Part shown: in pieces, positions 47,446 to 57,354 of the stretch | How the letters are laid out: the number at the start of each line of letters is the position of its first letter | Numbering within the stretch: position 1 is the stretch's first letter | Source: Armatimonadota bacterium | Lineage (GTDB): Bacteria; Armatimonadota; HRBIN16 | Assembly: GCA_963677485.1 (NCBI GenBank) | Contig: OY781964.1 | Location: 1,056,001 to 1,120,000 of the forward strand | Reading direction: 5' to 3' | Length of the DNA: 64,000 nt | Translations under genes and position numbers: made by a program | Notes under the pieces: model-generated | The model's database searches: none | Told to the model about the DNA's origin: nothing | What the model saw: the letters and a program-made list of their open reading frames with translations, nothing else

Positions 47446-48846
47446 CTACGCTCCCTGGCTCTCCAGGAAGCTCTTGATGTTATGCGCGATGTCTTTCCCG
47501 TCGCCCATGGCCAGGATGACCGTGGCGGCGCCGCGCACGATGTCGCCTCCGGCGAACACGCCAGGAATGCTGGTCATGCCCTTCTCATCGGTGATGATGT
47601 TGCCGCGGCGGTCGAGTGCCAGATCGGGGCAGGTGCTGGTGAGCAGCGGGTTCGCTTTGCTGCCGATGGCCACTACCACGCTGTCGCACGGGATCTCGAA
47701 CTCGCTGCCCTCGATGGGAACGGGGCGGGATCGGCCCGATGCGTCTGGTTCACCTGCTGCCATGCGGATGCACTTCAGGCCGGTGACCCATCGTTTCTCG
47801 TTGCCCAGCACTTCCACAGGCGCGGTGAATATTTCAAGCTGCACACCCTCTTGTTCAGCGTGGTGTACCTCTTCCACACGGGCGGGCATGTCCTCTTTGC
47901 TGCGGCGGTAGACGATAATCGCCTCCTCAGCACCCAGGCGGCGAGCGGTGCGCACGGCATCCATGGCCACATTGCCGCCGCCAATCACACACACGCGCTT
48001 CCCCTTCAATATGGGGGTGTTGCTGATCGGGAAGTCGTAGGCTTTCATCAGGTTCACGCGGGTCAGGTACTCGTTCGCTCCATACACGCCCTTGAAGTTC
48101 TCGCCCGGCACGTTCATGAAGATGGGCAGACCGGCCCCCACAGCGATGAACACCGCGCCGAACTGCTGCAGCAGCTCTGGGATGGTGATGGTGTTGCCCA
48201 CAATGACGTTGGGCTCAAGAACCACCCCCATCTTCTCCAGCCTCTGCACTTCGCTGCGCACGATGGCCTTGGGAAGCCGGAACTCCGGGATACCGTAACT
48301 GAGAACACCGCCGGCCTTGTGGAAGGCCTCAAAAACCGTGACCTTGAAGCCCAGTCGCGCCAGCTCACCCGCCGCGGTCAGACCACCGGGTCCAGCCCCA
48401 ACTACCGCCACGCTTTTGGCCTCTGGTGTGATCTCGGGCTTGGCCACGGGCAGGTTCTCGCGTGCCCAGTCGGCCACAAAACGCTCAAGGTATCCGATCG
48501 CCACGGGCAGGCTCTTCACGCCGCGAACACACCGCACTTCGCACTGAGTCTCCTGCGGACAGACACGGCCTGTGATAGAGGGCAGCGCGTTATCGGTTAG
48601 CAGCGAGGTGGCGGCTCCTGCCAGATCGCGTTCCGCCAGCAAGGTGATGAATTTCGGGATATTCACCCCAACAGGGCAGCCTTCGATGCACTTTGCGTTC
48701 TTGCAGTTCAAGCAGCGATGGGCTTCCAGGATGGCGGTCTCCAGTTCGTAGCCCTGGTTCACCTCCTGGAAGTTGCCAGACCTCTGCTGTGCGTCCTGCT
48801 CCCGCATCGGCTGGCGGGTGATGCTCATTTTCTGTTTTGCGTCCAT
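47446..48846 (-). CDS. nfnB: NfnB/SudA-type (GltD-like) NADPH-dependent oxidoreductase large subunit
   Basis: RCLNC...CIEGCP, GRVCPQETQCE, VGAGPGG, YGIPEFRLPK, IGGGNVAMD, GGDIVRGAATV. Confidence 0.9.
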   Translation of the reverse strand: MDAKQKMSITRQPMREQDAQQRSGNFQEVNQGYELETAILEAHRCLNCKNAKCIEGCPVGVNIPKFITLLAERDLAGAATSLLTDNALPSITGRVCPQETQCEVRCVRGVKSLPVAIGYLERFVADWARENLPVAKPEITPEAKSVAVVGAGPGGLTAAGELARLGFKVTVFEAFHKAGGVLSYGIPEFRLPKAIVRSEVQRLEKMGVVLEPNVIVGNTITIPELLQQFGAVFIAVGAGLPIFMNVPGENFKGVYGANEYLTRVNLMKAYDFPISNTPILKGKRVCVIGGGNVAMDAVRTARRLGAEEAIIVYRRSKEDMPARVEEVHHAEQEGVQLEIFTAPVEVLGNEKRWVTGLKCIRMAAGEPDASGRSRPVPIEGSEFEIPCDSVVVAIGSKANPLLTSTCPDLALDRRGNIITDEKGMTSIPGVFAGGDIVRGAATVILAMGDGKDIAHNIKSFLESQGA

Positions 48847-48848
48847 TA

Positions 48849-49682
48849 CTATTTATCCAATCCGATTTTACATGCGTGGTGCGCTTCGGCCTCTTGTTCC
48901 ATCTCTTTATATGTGCCCAGCCGGTCTTGAATCTCATCAAAGTCGACCAAATGCCCATCGAATTCGGGGCCATCCACACAAGCAAACTTAACTTGGCCAT
49001 CCACCATTACCCTGCAACCGCCGCACATACCGGTGCCGTCCACCATCACGGGGTTCAGCGAGACCATGGTCTTCACGCCAAACGGACGCGTCAACTCGGC
49101 GATCGCCCGCATCATGGGCATGGGGCCAGCCGTATAGACGATGTCGATGCCGCCCTCTTCAAGCACGCCCTGCAGCGCTTGCGTGACGAAGCCTTTCACG
49201 CCCAGACTGCCGTCATCGGTGCAGATGATCACACGGCCGCATTCGCCCAGCTCTTTTTCCAGAATGACCCACTCCGAAGTGCGCCCCCCTGTGATGCTGA
49301 TGACCTCTACGCCATTCGCCTGCAGTGCCGTGGCGATGGGCCAGACGACTGCTGTGCCCACTCCGCCGCCCACCAGAACGGCGCGGCCGCTGGTGATCAC
49401 CTCAGTGGGGTGACCCAGCGGACCGGCGATGTCGGTGATCGACTCGCCCACCTCCAGCGCGCAGAGCTCTTTGGTACTGAGGCCGATTGCCTTGATGACC
49501 AGCGTGATGCTGCCCTTCTCGATGTTGACATCCGCGATGGTCAGGGGGATTCGCTCTGATCCCTCACCCTTGCGCACGATCACAAATTGGCCAGGCCGCC
49601 TCTTAGCGGCGATTCGGGGAGCTTCGAAACTGATTTGAAACACATCCGGTGCCAGTTGGTTTTTGGCAATTATACGATGCAT
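48849..49682 (-). CDS. nfnA: NfnA/SudB-type FAD/2Fe-2S subunit
   Basis: PGQFV, ERIPLTI, GPLG, DGTGMCGGCRV...FACVDGPEF. Confidence 0.9.
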   Translation of the reverse strand: MHRIIAKNQLAPDVFQISFEAPRIAAKRRPGQFVIVRKGEGSERIPLTIADVNIEKGSITLVIKAIGLSTKELCALEVGESITDIAGPLGHPTEVITSGRAVLVGGGVGTAVVWPIATALQANGVEVISITGGRTSEWVILEKELGECGRVIICTDDGSLGVKGFVTQALQGVLEEGGIDIVYTAGPMPMMRAIAELTRPFGVKTMVSLNPVMVDGTGMCGGCRVMVDGQVKFACVDGPEFDGHLVDFDEIQDRLGTYKEMEQEAEAHHACKIGLDK

Positions 49683-49711
49683 GTAGGATTTACTTCACTT
49701 TCCTGGGCCTG

Positions 49712-50143
49712 TTAAAAAAAAGCCCGTGAGTTCTGTTGGTATTCTGCATAGTCTGGAAACTTTTGTAATAAGAACCGTTCCTCATACCGCGCCTTAAGGG
49801 CGAGCCAGATGCAGAGGGCGAAGCTGATCGCCATAGCTGTGAGGCTCCCTGTGTACGCGGCAGCACTGATGGCGAGTAGCATAAATCCGCCGTAAATGGG
49901 GTGCCTCACTTTCGCGAAGGCCCCATGCCGGATGAGAGGACTATTGGGCTGCACCGCCGGTAATGGATAGAGGTAACGTCCGAGTGTTACCAATCCAAAT
50001 AGTATTTTCATAATACCGAAAAAACTGAGTAATAGAGGAATCCAAAGCCACTGGTCAGGCATTTTGAGCAACTGGTCTGGTTTCAACCAGCAAGCGAGTG
50101 TCACAAAGAACAGCAGCAGCATTTGGACGACAAAGTAGATCAC
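49712..50143 (-). CDS. Isoprenylcysteine carboxyl methyltransferase/PEMT-like membrane protein
   Basis: GAFAKVRHPIYGG, EERFL..KFPDY..Y; GTG start after GGAGG. Confidence 0.85.
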   Translation of the reverse strand: MIYFVVQMLLLFFVTLACWLKPDQLLKMPDQWLWIPLLLSFFGIMKILFGLVTLGRYLYPLPAVQPNSPLIRHGAFAKVRHPIYGGFMLLAISAAAYTGSLTAMAISFALCIWLALKARYEERFLLQKFPDYAEYQQNSRAFF

Positions 50144-50239
50144 GATGTGTACCTCCCAAGCCAGGCGTGTATCTACATTATGGCAGAGTGCTGGCGGATG
50201 GTTGTTTGGCGGTGGGTGGGACCGACCGGACCGGTCTCG

Positions 50240-50500
50240 TTTCACGCGAAGACGCGAAGACGCGAAGGTGATTTGAACCGCGGATTGGACGGATCGGACA
50301 GATCGGACTTATTGTGTATATTCTCGTGCATTCGTGTGTTTTCGTGGTTACAATGCCTTTACCACGGCGGGCATTGTCTGAACCACGGATTACGCGGATG
50401 GAAAGGATGGGAAGGTGCCTTCCCGCCGCGCCCGCTTGCGGGCAGCTATCTGATCAGCGATGGGTGATGGAGCCCCGTTCACGGGGCGATGGAACCCGTC
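50240..50500. repeat. Repeat-module cluster, including an inverted piece of the 470-bp unit
   Basis: CACGCGAAGACGCGAAGACGCGAAG; CCCGCTTGCGGG..AGCGATGGGTGATGGAGCCCCGTTCACGGGGCGATGGAACCCGTCG. Confidence 0.8.
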
Positions 50501-50555
50501 GCATCGCGGCCGACAAGCTTGCGAATCCACGACCTGCCACCTGGTGCCGCAAACG

Positions 50556-50993
50556 CTAACTGCCGGAGGGCTTCTCTTCCTTAGCAGCCATCACCTGGCG
50601 CGGCGAAAACCGGCACAGCCAATAAAACATGGCCGCAGGCACCATCACGCACACGAACACGAAGGCGAATGCCTTCCAGTCCTTGGTGATGTGCTGCAGG
50701 GTAGACTCACCCGCAGTATATGGAATCCAGACCAGCAATAGATACAGAAAAAAGCTCCAGATGGCCAACAGGGCCAGCATAACAATCGGCCAGTAATGCC
50801 GTGTGAAGGAGGCGATACCCAGCACTGAGGTGTAGATCACCAGCGCATAGACAGAATAATCGGTGATATTGCGAATGGTGACTTGACCGCTCGCCGTGTC
50901 TAACTGCGCCAATCCCATCCAGATCCCAAACGCCACCGACGTAACCAGCCAGAGCGGATACATAAAGGTATCAAATGGAGTGTGCCGTTTCAT
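50556..50993 (-). CDS. Hypothetical 4-TM membrane protein; paralog of 52605-53066
   Basis: Shared R.YW, W.P..AG.S.LQH, PAA.F. Confidence 0.75.
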   Translation of the reverse strand: MKRHTPFDTFMYPLWLVTSVAFGIWMGLAQLDTASGQVTIRNITDYSVYALVIYTSVLGIASFTRHYWPIVMLALLAIWSFFLYLLLVWIPYTAGESTLQHITKDWKAFAFVFVCVMVPAAMFYWLCRFSPRQVMAAKEEKPSGS

Positions 50994-51075
50994 TTTCGAT
51001 GCCCCCTGTCAGTTTATTCCACATGAACCATCAGCCGTCATCACCACTGATGCTTCTCGATAGGCTGATACATGA

Positions 51076-51104
51076 ATTATGGTATGAATATCTAAGCATG
51101 TCAA
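51076..51104 (-). promoter_or_regulatory. sigma70-type promoter, duplicated copy A
   Basis: TTGACA-17 bp-CATAAT within a ~70-bp block also present at 53117-53190. Confidence 0.75.
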
Positions 51105-51205
51105 GTGGTTTACATCGGCAAAATGATAAACTGGCATATTTGACAGGTGAGATGGCTGAAGGAACCAGCCCACACCGGACGAACCGGTTCACCACTAGGC
51201 TATGG

Positions 51206-51871
51206 TTACTCATGACCGGGGTTTTCCAGCGTCGTATCAGGTACCATCATGACCGTGTTCCACGATAGAATGGTCCCTCTTTTCCCATCTGCCGATGGAG
51301 CACCATGGTTAGTGACAGCAGCGTGCCCATCCGCAAATGCAATTAGTGTTCTGTCAGGGATACTCCATCTCCACCTGGGTACCTCAGGCTTCATCACGTT
51401 AAAATAGTAATCCCTCGGGTCTTCGGAATGTAGCGGTGCAGGTATTCCCTGACTACCGTGGAAGATGTCTGCCAGATATCTATGACATTCACATTCATAG
51501 AAACTCTCAAGGGACTGTTGAGACGCAGGCATCCAGGTGGGCACCGACCGTGTATACACATAGGAACCAATCATCGGCAGGCCGTATTCCTCGGTGCATC
51601 CTTTTGTCCACTCCTTATCGTTCTTGCAGCAGGTAGGAGTCTTCTTCAACAGAAGCTTGGCCATCGAATCACTTGGGGGTACATGCGTCCCATAATCGTC
51701 CATATACATACGCAGTGCTATGACACACTGACGAAGATTGGAGAGGCATGTTGTCTGATGGGCGCGCTTTTGCCCCTGAGCTAACGTGGGATACATTATG
51801 CTGGCAAGTATCGCGATAATACCCAGCGCCAGCAGCAGTTCAAGTAGTGTGAAACCTCGTCTAATACCCAT
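51206..51871 (-). CDS. Prepilin-type N-terminal cleavage/methylation protein (H-X9-DG/DUF1559-like)
   Basis: RRGFTLLELL, CLSNLRQ, AFADGHA. Confidence 0.88.
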   Translation of the reverse strand: MGIRRGFTLLELLLALGIIAILASIMYPTLAQGQKRAHQTTCLSNLRQCVIALRMYMDDYGTHVPPSDSMAKLLLKKTPTCCKNDKEWTKGCTEEYGLPMIGSYVYTRSVPTWMPASQQSLESFYECECHRYLADIFHGSQGIPAPLHSEDPRDYYFNVMKPEVPRWRWSIPDRTLIAFADGHAAVTNHGAPSADGKRGTILSWNTVMMVPDTTLENPGHE

Positions 51872-51958
51872 TTCTACCTCCACTTTTCTCATCTACATCC
51901 GCGCGATCCGAGGTTCAGACAACTCCTGGGGCGGTCTGGCCTGAGCTGCCGGCGGTAA

Positions 51959-52603
51959 TCACTTGGCCTCCGGCACACCCAGAACCGAACCCCAGCAAAA
52001 TATTGTTCTTCGTTTGCCATCTGCCGATGGTGCATCGTGGTTAGTGACAGCAGCGTGCCCATCCGCAAATGCAAATAGCGTTTTGTCAGGGATACTGCAT
52101 CTCCACGAAGGAACCCCTAGCTTCATTTGGTTCTTGTAGTAGTCCATCGGATCCTCGGTATGTAGCGGAGCCGGCACCCCTTCACTGCCATGAAAAATGT
52201 CGGCCAGGAAAGCTTGGCATTCACACTCGTAGAATGATTGAACCTGATCATATGGTGCATCTATCCAAACTGGAACCGACCGTGTATAGGCATATGAGCC
52301 GATAAGTGGTATACCAAATGGTTGAGTACAACCATTAGTCCATTCCTTGTCGTTTGGGCAACAGGTCGGCATTTTCTTAAGTAACTCGCGTGCTACTGCA
52401 TCATCGGGTGGTACATGGGTCTCGTAGTCATCCATATATATACGGAGTGCCACGACACACTGATGCAAGTTGGATAGGCATGAGGCTTGATTGGCTCTTT
52501 TGCGTCCTGATGCCAGAACGGGATACATAACTCCGGCCAATATCGCGATTATACACATTACGACCAATAGCTCTATTACCGTGAAACCTCGTTTACTACC
52601 CAT
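51959..52603 (-). CDS. Prepilin-type protein, tandem paralog
   Basis: KRGFTVIELL, CLSNLHQ, AFADGHA. Confidence 0.88.
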   Translation of the reverse strand: MGSKRGFTVIELLVVMCIIAILAGVMYPVLASGRKRANQASCLSNLHQCVVALRIYMDDYETHVPPDDAVARELLKKMPTCCPNDKEWTNGCTQPFGIPLIGSYAYTRSVPVWIDAPYDQVQSFYECECQAFLADIFHGSEGVPAPLHTEDPMDYYKNQMKLGVPSWRCSIPDKTLFAFADGHAAVTNHDAPSADGKRRTIFCWGSVLGVPEAK

Positions 52604-52604
52604 T

Positions 52605-53066
52605 TCAGCCTCCACTTGTCTGATCCTCAGACTGAGCACGGCATACCCATTCGCAGTATTGCTGGAAAAATGCCGCAGGTATGACATAGACTACGACTGT
52701 TCCAAGAAACGAACTCATGGAATTCCAAACGTGCTGTAGGACTGAAATACCTGCAGGTTTTGGCATCCATGCCAACACGACAAATAGTGAATATGCCATG
52801 ACAATACAAATCATGATCGATAATGGCATCCAGTACCGACGTACAAGAGAACACCAGACCAGAATGGGGACTACGCAAACAAATGCTACACCGAACATAG
52901 AGCTTATACGTTTGGGTGTGATCAGACTACCATCAAAAAAAGTGCCCAGTAATGACAATGCCACTGAAAGCAACCATGCCAGAAGCAATCCTGCGATGTA
53001 TTTTACTAGGTCATACGGAAATCGATGTTTTATCACAGTCTCCTTATCTGCATAATCATTGCCCAT
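52605..53066 (-). CDS. Hypothetical 4-TM membrane protein
   Basis: Paralog of 50556-50993; abuts the pilin start. Confidence 0.7.
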   Translation of the reverse strand: MGNDYADKETVIKHRFPYDLVKYIAGLLLAWLLSVALSLLGTFFDGSLITPKRISSMFGVAFVCVVPILVWCSLVRRYWMPLSIMICIVMAYSLFVVLAWMPKPAGISVLQHVWNSMSSFLGTVVVYVIPAAFFQQYCEWVCRAQSEDQTSGG

Positions 53067-53118
53067 TTTACTGGTACGTCCAGGTAAACCTAGGTATCCT
53101 GAGTTATGCATTGAATTA

Positions 53119-53147
53119 ATTATGATATGAATATCAATGCATGTCAA
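53119..53147 (-). promoter_or_regulatory. sigma70-type promoter, duplicated copy B
   Basis: TTGACA-17 bp-CATAAT. Confidence 0.75.
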
Positions 53148-53258
53148 GTGGTTTACACGCAGATACCTTAAAACTAGCATATTTAACAGGGATTACAGAC
53201 GGCGGGAGGGCATTTGGCAGTATAATATGGAAAACGCACCAACAGTAGGGAGCAAGCC

Positions 53259-53603
53259 ATGAGCGATGAATGCGATCCTCAGCCAGAAGATGAACTGGAT
53301 GAGGAATCACAAGCGGAGTTGGGTCCAGACACCGAGCCGTCCGGACCTCTAACATGTCTGATCTGCATGGCAGACAACGACGAAGTGATGCGCCGCGCGG
53401 TGCAGCATAACCGATGCTGGAAGTGCGGTTATGCCATCATCCAGGATGTCCGTGTCCCAAACGGCAACGCTCACGTCGATGACCTGTTCAGCGATCACAG
53501 CCCACTCGCCCGATCGTATAAACACGGTCTGGTGATGCTGCTGTTAGCCCTCATCGCATACATCTGGTATCTCATACACCTTTATCAGTCACCACAGAGA
53601 TAA
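53259..53603 (+). CDS. Small hypothetical protein: acidic N-terminus, CxxC..CxxC, C-terminal TM
   Basis: GGAG RBS, TATAAT at 53221; CLIC...CWKCG. Confidence 0.65.
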   Translation: MSDECDPQPEDELDEESQAELGPDTEPSGPLTCLICMADNDEVMRRAVQHNRCWKCGYAIIQDVRVPNGNAHVDDLFSDHSPLARSYKHGLVMLLLALIAYIWYLIHLYQSPQR

Positions 53604-53615
53604 GGTGGTGATACC

Positions 53616-54686
53616 CTACCCGATCTGTATGGCCCGCTTCAGCGTCTTAAGGTAGTCTTGGTAAACGGCGTAGCTCATGCCAGGGTGCACACTGTGGTCA
53701 CAGCTTGGTATATACCCGCCGGTCTGCTTCAGGAAGTTCACCTTGCCCTCCACCTCTTGCCGCATGATATCGCCGCCTTTTTCCACCACCAACTTATCGA
53801 TGCCGCCTATCATCTGCAGGCGCGGGTACTGCTTGCGCAGCTCCACCGGGTTGACCCCAGCCATGCCCTCCATGGGCAATATGCCTGCGATCCCACCCTC
53901 AAGGAAGCAGGGGATGATGCTGCGCATGTCGCCGTCGGAATCGACGATGATGTTCTGGCATCCATGCGACTTGATGAAGTCGGTGAGTATCTTGTAGCGC
54001 GGTGTTATGAAACGGCGCACCATCGATGGTGAGATCATGGGGCCGTTCTTGTAGGCCATGTCCTCGCCCAGAAGCACAAAGTCCACCTCGCACTCGCTCA
54101 ACACGCGACCCCACAGCTTCATGAGGAAGTCCAGATGGAAGTCCATCATCTCCTCTATCCACTCAGGCTCTTCAGCGAAGGCCACCGCCATGTCCTGGAA
54201 GTCCATGAAGTCGCGTTCAAACGCCAGGAAACCGCGGCACACCAGACCCATCGGGAACTCGCGGTCGGCGACGGAGGCCTTATACCCCTCCCAGTCGGCG
54301 GGGTATCGCGCCGGATCGGTGGCGTCCAGCCGTTTGGCGATGTCCAGAAAGTCCTGGCGGTTCTTGATGGGGAACTCGATGTAGTGAGGCATCGCACTGC
54401 CGTATTTGAACTCACGCTTGACCACTCCGCTTTCGTCACGCACGATGCGGCTGTCGGCATCCTCCTCCAGCACTTCGCGCACGAAAGCCGGACGGAAGCC
54501 AAAGTCGACGGGGAACCAGCCGAAGGGGTCATATCCAAAATGGGAGTAGACATCAACGTCACGAGATAGCCCCTCTGTATAGAAGCGGTCCAGTGTTTCC
54601 GGCCAGAACTGCATGAACTCCATAAACGGCAGTCTGTCTACGGGCTGGAAATTCATCACGGCATTGAAGCGCTCGCGTGGGTTCAT
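53616..54686 (-). CDS. Uroporphyrinogen decarboxylase-family (URO-D/CIMS-like) protein, not HemE
   Basis: MNPRERF, EDMAYKNGPMISP, VDSDGD, GGIDK, GGYIPSCDH. Confidence 0.85.
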   Translation of the reverse strand: MNPRERFNAVMNFQPVDRLPFMEFMQFWPETLDRFYTEGLSRDVDVYSHFGYDPFGWFPVDFGFRPAFVREVLEEDADSRIVRDESGVVKREFKYGSAMPHYIEFPIKNRQDFLDIAKRLDATDPARYPADWEGYKASVADREFPMGLVCRGFLAFERDFMDFQDMAVAFAEEPEWIEEMMDFHLDFLMKLWGRVLSECEVDFVLLGEDMAYKNGPMISPSMVRRFITPRYKILTDFIKSHGCQNIIVDSDGDMRSIIPCFLEGGIAGILPMEGMAGVNPVELRKQYPRLQMIGGIDKLVVEKGGDIMRQEVEGKVNFLKQTGGYIPSCDHSVHPGMSYAVYQDYLKTLKRAIQIG

Positions 54687-54884
54687 TAAGGTGACCTCCT
54701 GGTGGTATCTACATAACATATGTATCACCAAGCGGGAACTCCGTCGAAAAGTGTGTTGGGGTAATGCGGTATTGGCACAGTTAGGGGGTTGCTGGTGTGT
54801 CCGCCGCTGTTGCCGCGAGATAAATGTCGCGGCAACGGTGATCAACAGGCCCGCAGGCAAAGACCGGTATCCAAAGGCTCGCGC

Positions 54885-55331
54885 CTATTCCCCCACAACC
54901 GTGACCTTAACCGCATTGGCGAGGGCACGGTCAATGGCGATCTGAGTATAGCCGATCTGCAGCACATAGGCGGGATATTTTTGCACCAGCTTCACATGCA
55001 CCGCGGGCAGCAGTCCCAGTGACATCAGTTTACGCAGAAGCGTCTGGTCGTTGATCATCAAGCTGTGGATGAACCCCGCTTCGCCGATGGCCAGTGCGCT
55101 GAGCGGCAGAACTCCGTCGGCATTGACTGGCTGGTTGAGGTCTGCTTGAGCACGCATATGTCGGTGGTGCATCTGCTTACGAAACCACTTGACCACACCC
55201 GGCTCCCGTGGCTGCTCATAGCCGCAGTGAGGGCACTTCAACAGATGGCAGCCGCCAAACATCCCGCAGCTCTGGCAGCCTTTGGCGGATTCCTCCTCAG
55301 AAAACTCTTTTCGGCAATGCACGCAAATCAT
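54885..55331 (-). CDS. feoA: FeoA domain protein with N-terminal Cys-rich domain
   Basis: CVHC..GCQSC..GC..KCPHCGYE followed by LRKLMSLGLLP...IAIDRALA. Confidence 0.85.
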   Translation of the reverse strand: MICVHCRKEFSEEESAKGCQSCGMFGGCHLLKCPHCGYEQPREPGVVKWFRKQMHHRHMRAQADLNQPVNADGVLPLSALAIGEAGFIHSLMINDQTLLRKLMSLGLLPAVHVKLVQKYPAYVLQIGYTQIAIDRALANAVKVTVVGE

Positions 55332-56770
55332 AAACTCACCCCTAAGCTCCGCAGCACCCAGTTCAACAGCGTGCCGACCCCGATGGATAACGGCAAGATG
55401 ATGGCTGCGATGCCCAGAGCCGTCTTCGTGCCACGCTCCTTGCGCATCATCATGAACTGCGCAAAGCAGGGCAGGAACAGCGTCAGCGTCACGGCGATCA
55501 CCAGCACCTGCACACCATCCAGCAGGTTCTTTTGGTGCATATGGTACAGACCGGCAGCACCGAAGTCGCGTCGGAAGAAGCCAAAGATCATGATGTCAGC
55601 CGCCGCAGCCGGCAGACCCAGCAGATGCATCACGGGCTGCAGCATGTGCGCCACCTTCTGGAAAATGTGAGCCAGCTCTGCCAGCCATATCACCACACTG
55701 GCGATGAAGAACAACGGCAGCACCTCAAGGAAGTACCAGTACATACGAGAGTATGTCTTCGCAAGGATATTGCCGATGGAGGGCCACCGCATGGAGGGCA
55801 GCTCCATGTGGAAGCTGCTGGCTTCGCCCGGCACCACTTTGCTGGCGAGCCAGCCGGTGAACAGGAACACGCAGACCAGTATCAAGCTCCACAGCAGCAG
55901 CGCGCCCGGATGGGTGCTCAAAACCGCCACAAAAACCCCCATCTGCGCTGAACACGGGATGGCAAGCGCTAACAGGAAGGTGGCAATCAGCCGCTCACGG
56001 GGGGTTTCCAGAACGCGGGTGACCATGGTGGCCATCGTGTCACATCCAAACCCGAGGATGATGGGGATCACCGATCGGCCGTTCAAGCCCACCCGCTTAA
56101 ACAGGCGGTCAATGAGCATGGCCAAACGCGGCAGATACCCGCTGTCCTCCAGGATGGAAAACATGAAGAAGAAGGTACCCACGATCGGCATGATCAACGC
56201 GATGGAATAGGTCAGCGCCAAGGGTATGAGGCCATACTCGCTGGTGAACAGGCTTTGCAGCCATGGCCAGGGGATCACGTGGTTGATCCAGCCGTTCAAG
56301 ACCGGGTTGATGTGCTGGCCGAACAGCTTGTTCTCCAGCAAATCCACTAGATACCCACCACCGAACACACCCACAAACTTATACAGTCCAAAATACAGCA
56401 CGATCAACATGATGGGTATACCGGTCAGCGGTTGGTTACACAGTCGCCCGATTCGCCCACTCCATCCAGAGCGAGTGTCCTGCGGAAGAGTCATCACGTC
56501 GGCACATATCTTGCTGGCCATCTGCTGCCTGGTGCGCATCACGCTCATCATCAATGGCTCTGGCAGTTTATGGCTGGCCTGGTGGATGATCTCCCGTATC
56601 TGCTCCGCTCTCTCGCTGCCCTGGATGTGCCGCACCCTCTCCAGCATCTGCTCATCACCCTGCACCAGTAGAAGCGCAATGGAACGGGGGGTGATGCAAT
56701 AAATGTCTTCCAGCAGCGAACAGATGTCGGTCAGTGTCTGCTCCACCGCGGGGCTATAGTCTATCTTCAT
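55328..56770 (-). CDS. feoB: FeoB membrane part (split FeoB C-terminal half)
   Basis: LEDSGYLPRLA, GFGC, IPCSAQ, F.MELP, FLPCFA. Confidence 0.92.
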   Translation of the reverse strand: MKIDYSPAVEQTLTDICSLLEDIYCITPRSIALLLVQGDEQMLERVRHIQGSERAEQIREIIHQASHKLPEPLMMSVMRTRQQMASKICADVMTLPQDTRSGWSGRIGRLCNQPLTGIPIMLIVLYFGLYKFVGVFGGGYLVDLLENKLFGQHINPVLNGWINHVIPWPWLQSLFTSEYGLIPLALTYSIALIMPIVGTFFFMFSILEDSGYLPRLAMLIDRLFKRVGLNGRSVIPIILGFGCDTMATMVTRVLETPRERLIATFLLALAIPCSAQMGVFVAVLSTHPGALLLWSLILVCVFLFTGWLASKVVPGEASSFHMELPSMRWPSIGNILAKTYSRMYWYFLEVLPLFFIASVVIWLAELAHIFQKVAHMLQPVMHLLGLPAAAADIMIFGFFRRDFGAAGLYHMHQKNLLDGVQVLVIAVTLTLFLPCFAQFMMMRKERGTKTALGIAAIILPLSIGVGTLLNWVLRSLGVSL

Positions 56771-57297
56771 TTCTGCACCGCCGCTGTCACCACGCGCTTC
56801 AGGCTGTCCACGCCCCTGTTCTTCAGGAACGCCGCTTCGATGACAGGTATCCCCAGCCGCTCCGAGAGCAGCGCTGAGCGAAGCTCCAAGCCCAGCTTCG
56901 CGGCTTCATCCATCATGTTCAGCACGAGGATCATGTTCAGACCCGCCTCGATGAGCTGCAGCGTGAGCGGTAACTGGCGTTCGAGGTTTTTTGCGTCCGC
57001 CACATGCACCACCAGATCGGCTTGTTCGTCGATCAGCAGGTCACGCGCCACCCGCTCCTCTTCAGTGATGCTGGCAAAGGAATACATTCCGGGGGTGTCG
57101 ACGACCTCCCATTGGCGGCCATCGATCAGGCACGAACCGCGGCTCACTTCCACCGTGGTGCCCGGGTAGTTGGATACCGTGACGTAACGCCCAGTCAACC
57201 GGTTGAACAGTAAACTCTTGCCCACGTTGGGGTTGCCAACCAGGGCCAGTTTGAAGTGCGGTGCTGGTGCGTTGTCGGAATGTTTGCGGTCACTCAT
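56767..57297 (-). CDS. feoB: FeoB small GTPase domain (split FeoB N-terminal half)
   Basis: GNPNVGKS, VSNYPGTTV, DTPGMYS, LNMMD. Confidence 0.92.
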   Translation of the reverse strand: MSDRKHSDNAPAPHFKLALVGNPNVGKSLLFNRLTGRYVTVSNYPGTTVEVSRGSCLIDGRQWEVVDTPGMYSFASITEEERVARDLLIDEQADLVVHVADAKNLERQLPLTLQLIEAGLNMILVLNMMDEAAKLGLELRSALLSERLGIPVIEAAFLKNRGVDSLKRVVTAAVQK

Positions 57298-57354
57298 GTT
57301 TTTAGTCTACACTAACTTTTCAAGAAAGGGAAGGGGGTATTTCTGGTGGTTTCG

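Noticed and set aside
47446-48846. Glutamate synthase small subunit
   Set aside because: No gltB nearby, and pairing with the NfnA-type gene indicates NfnAB/SudAB.
53616-54686. Second hemE
   Set aside because: Lacks the RQAGR motif; belongs to the wider URO-D-like family.
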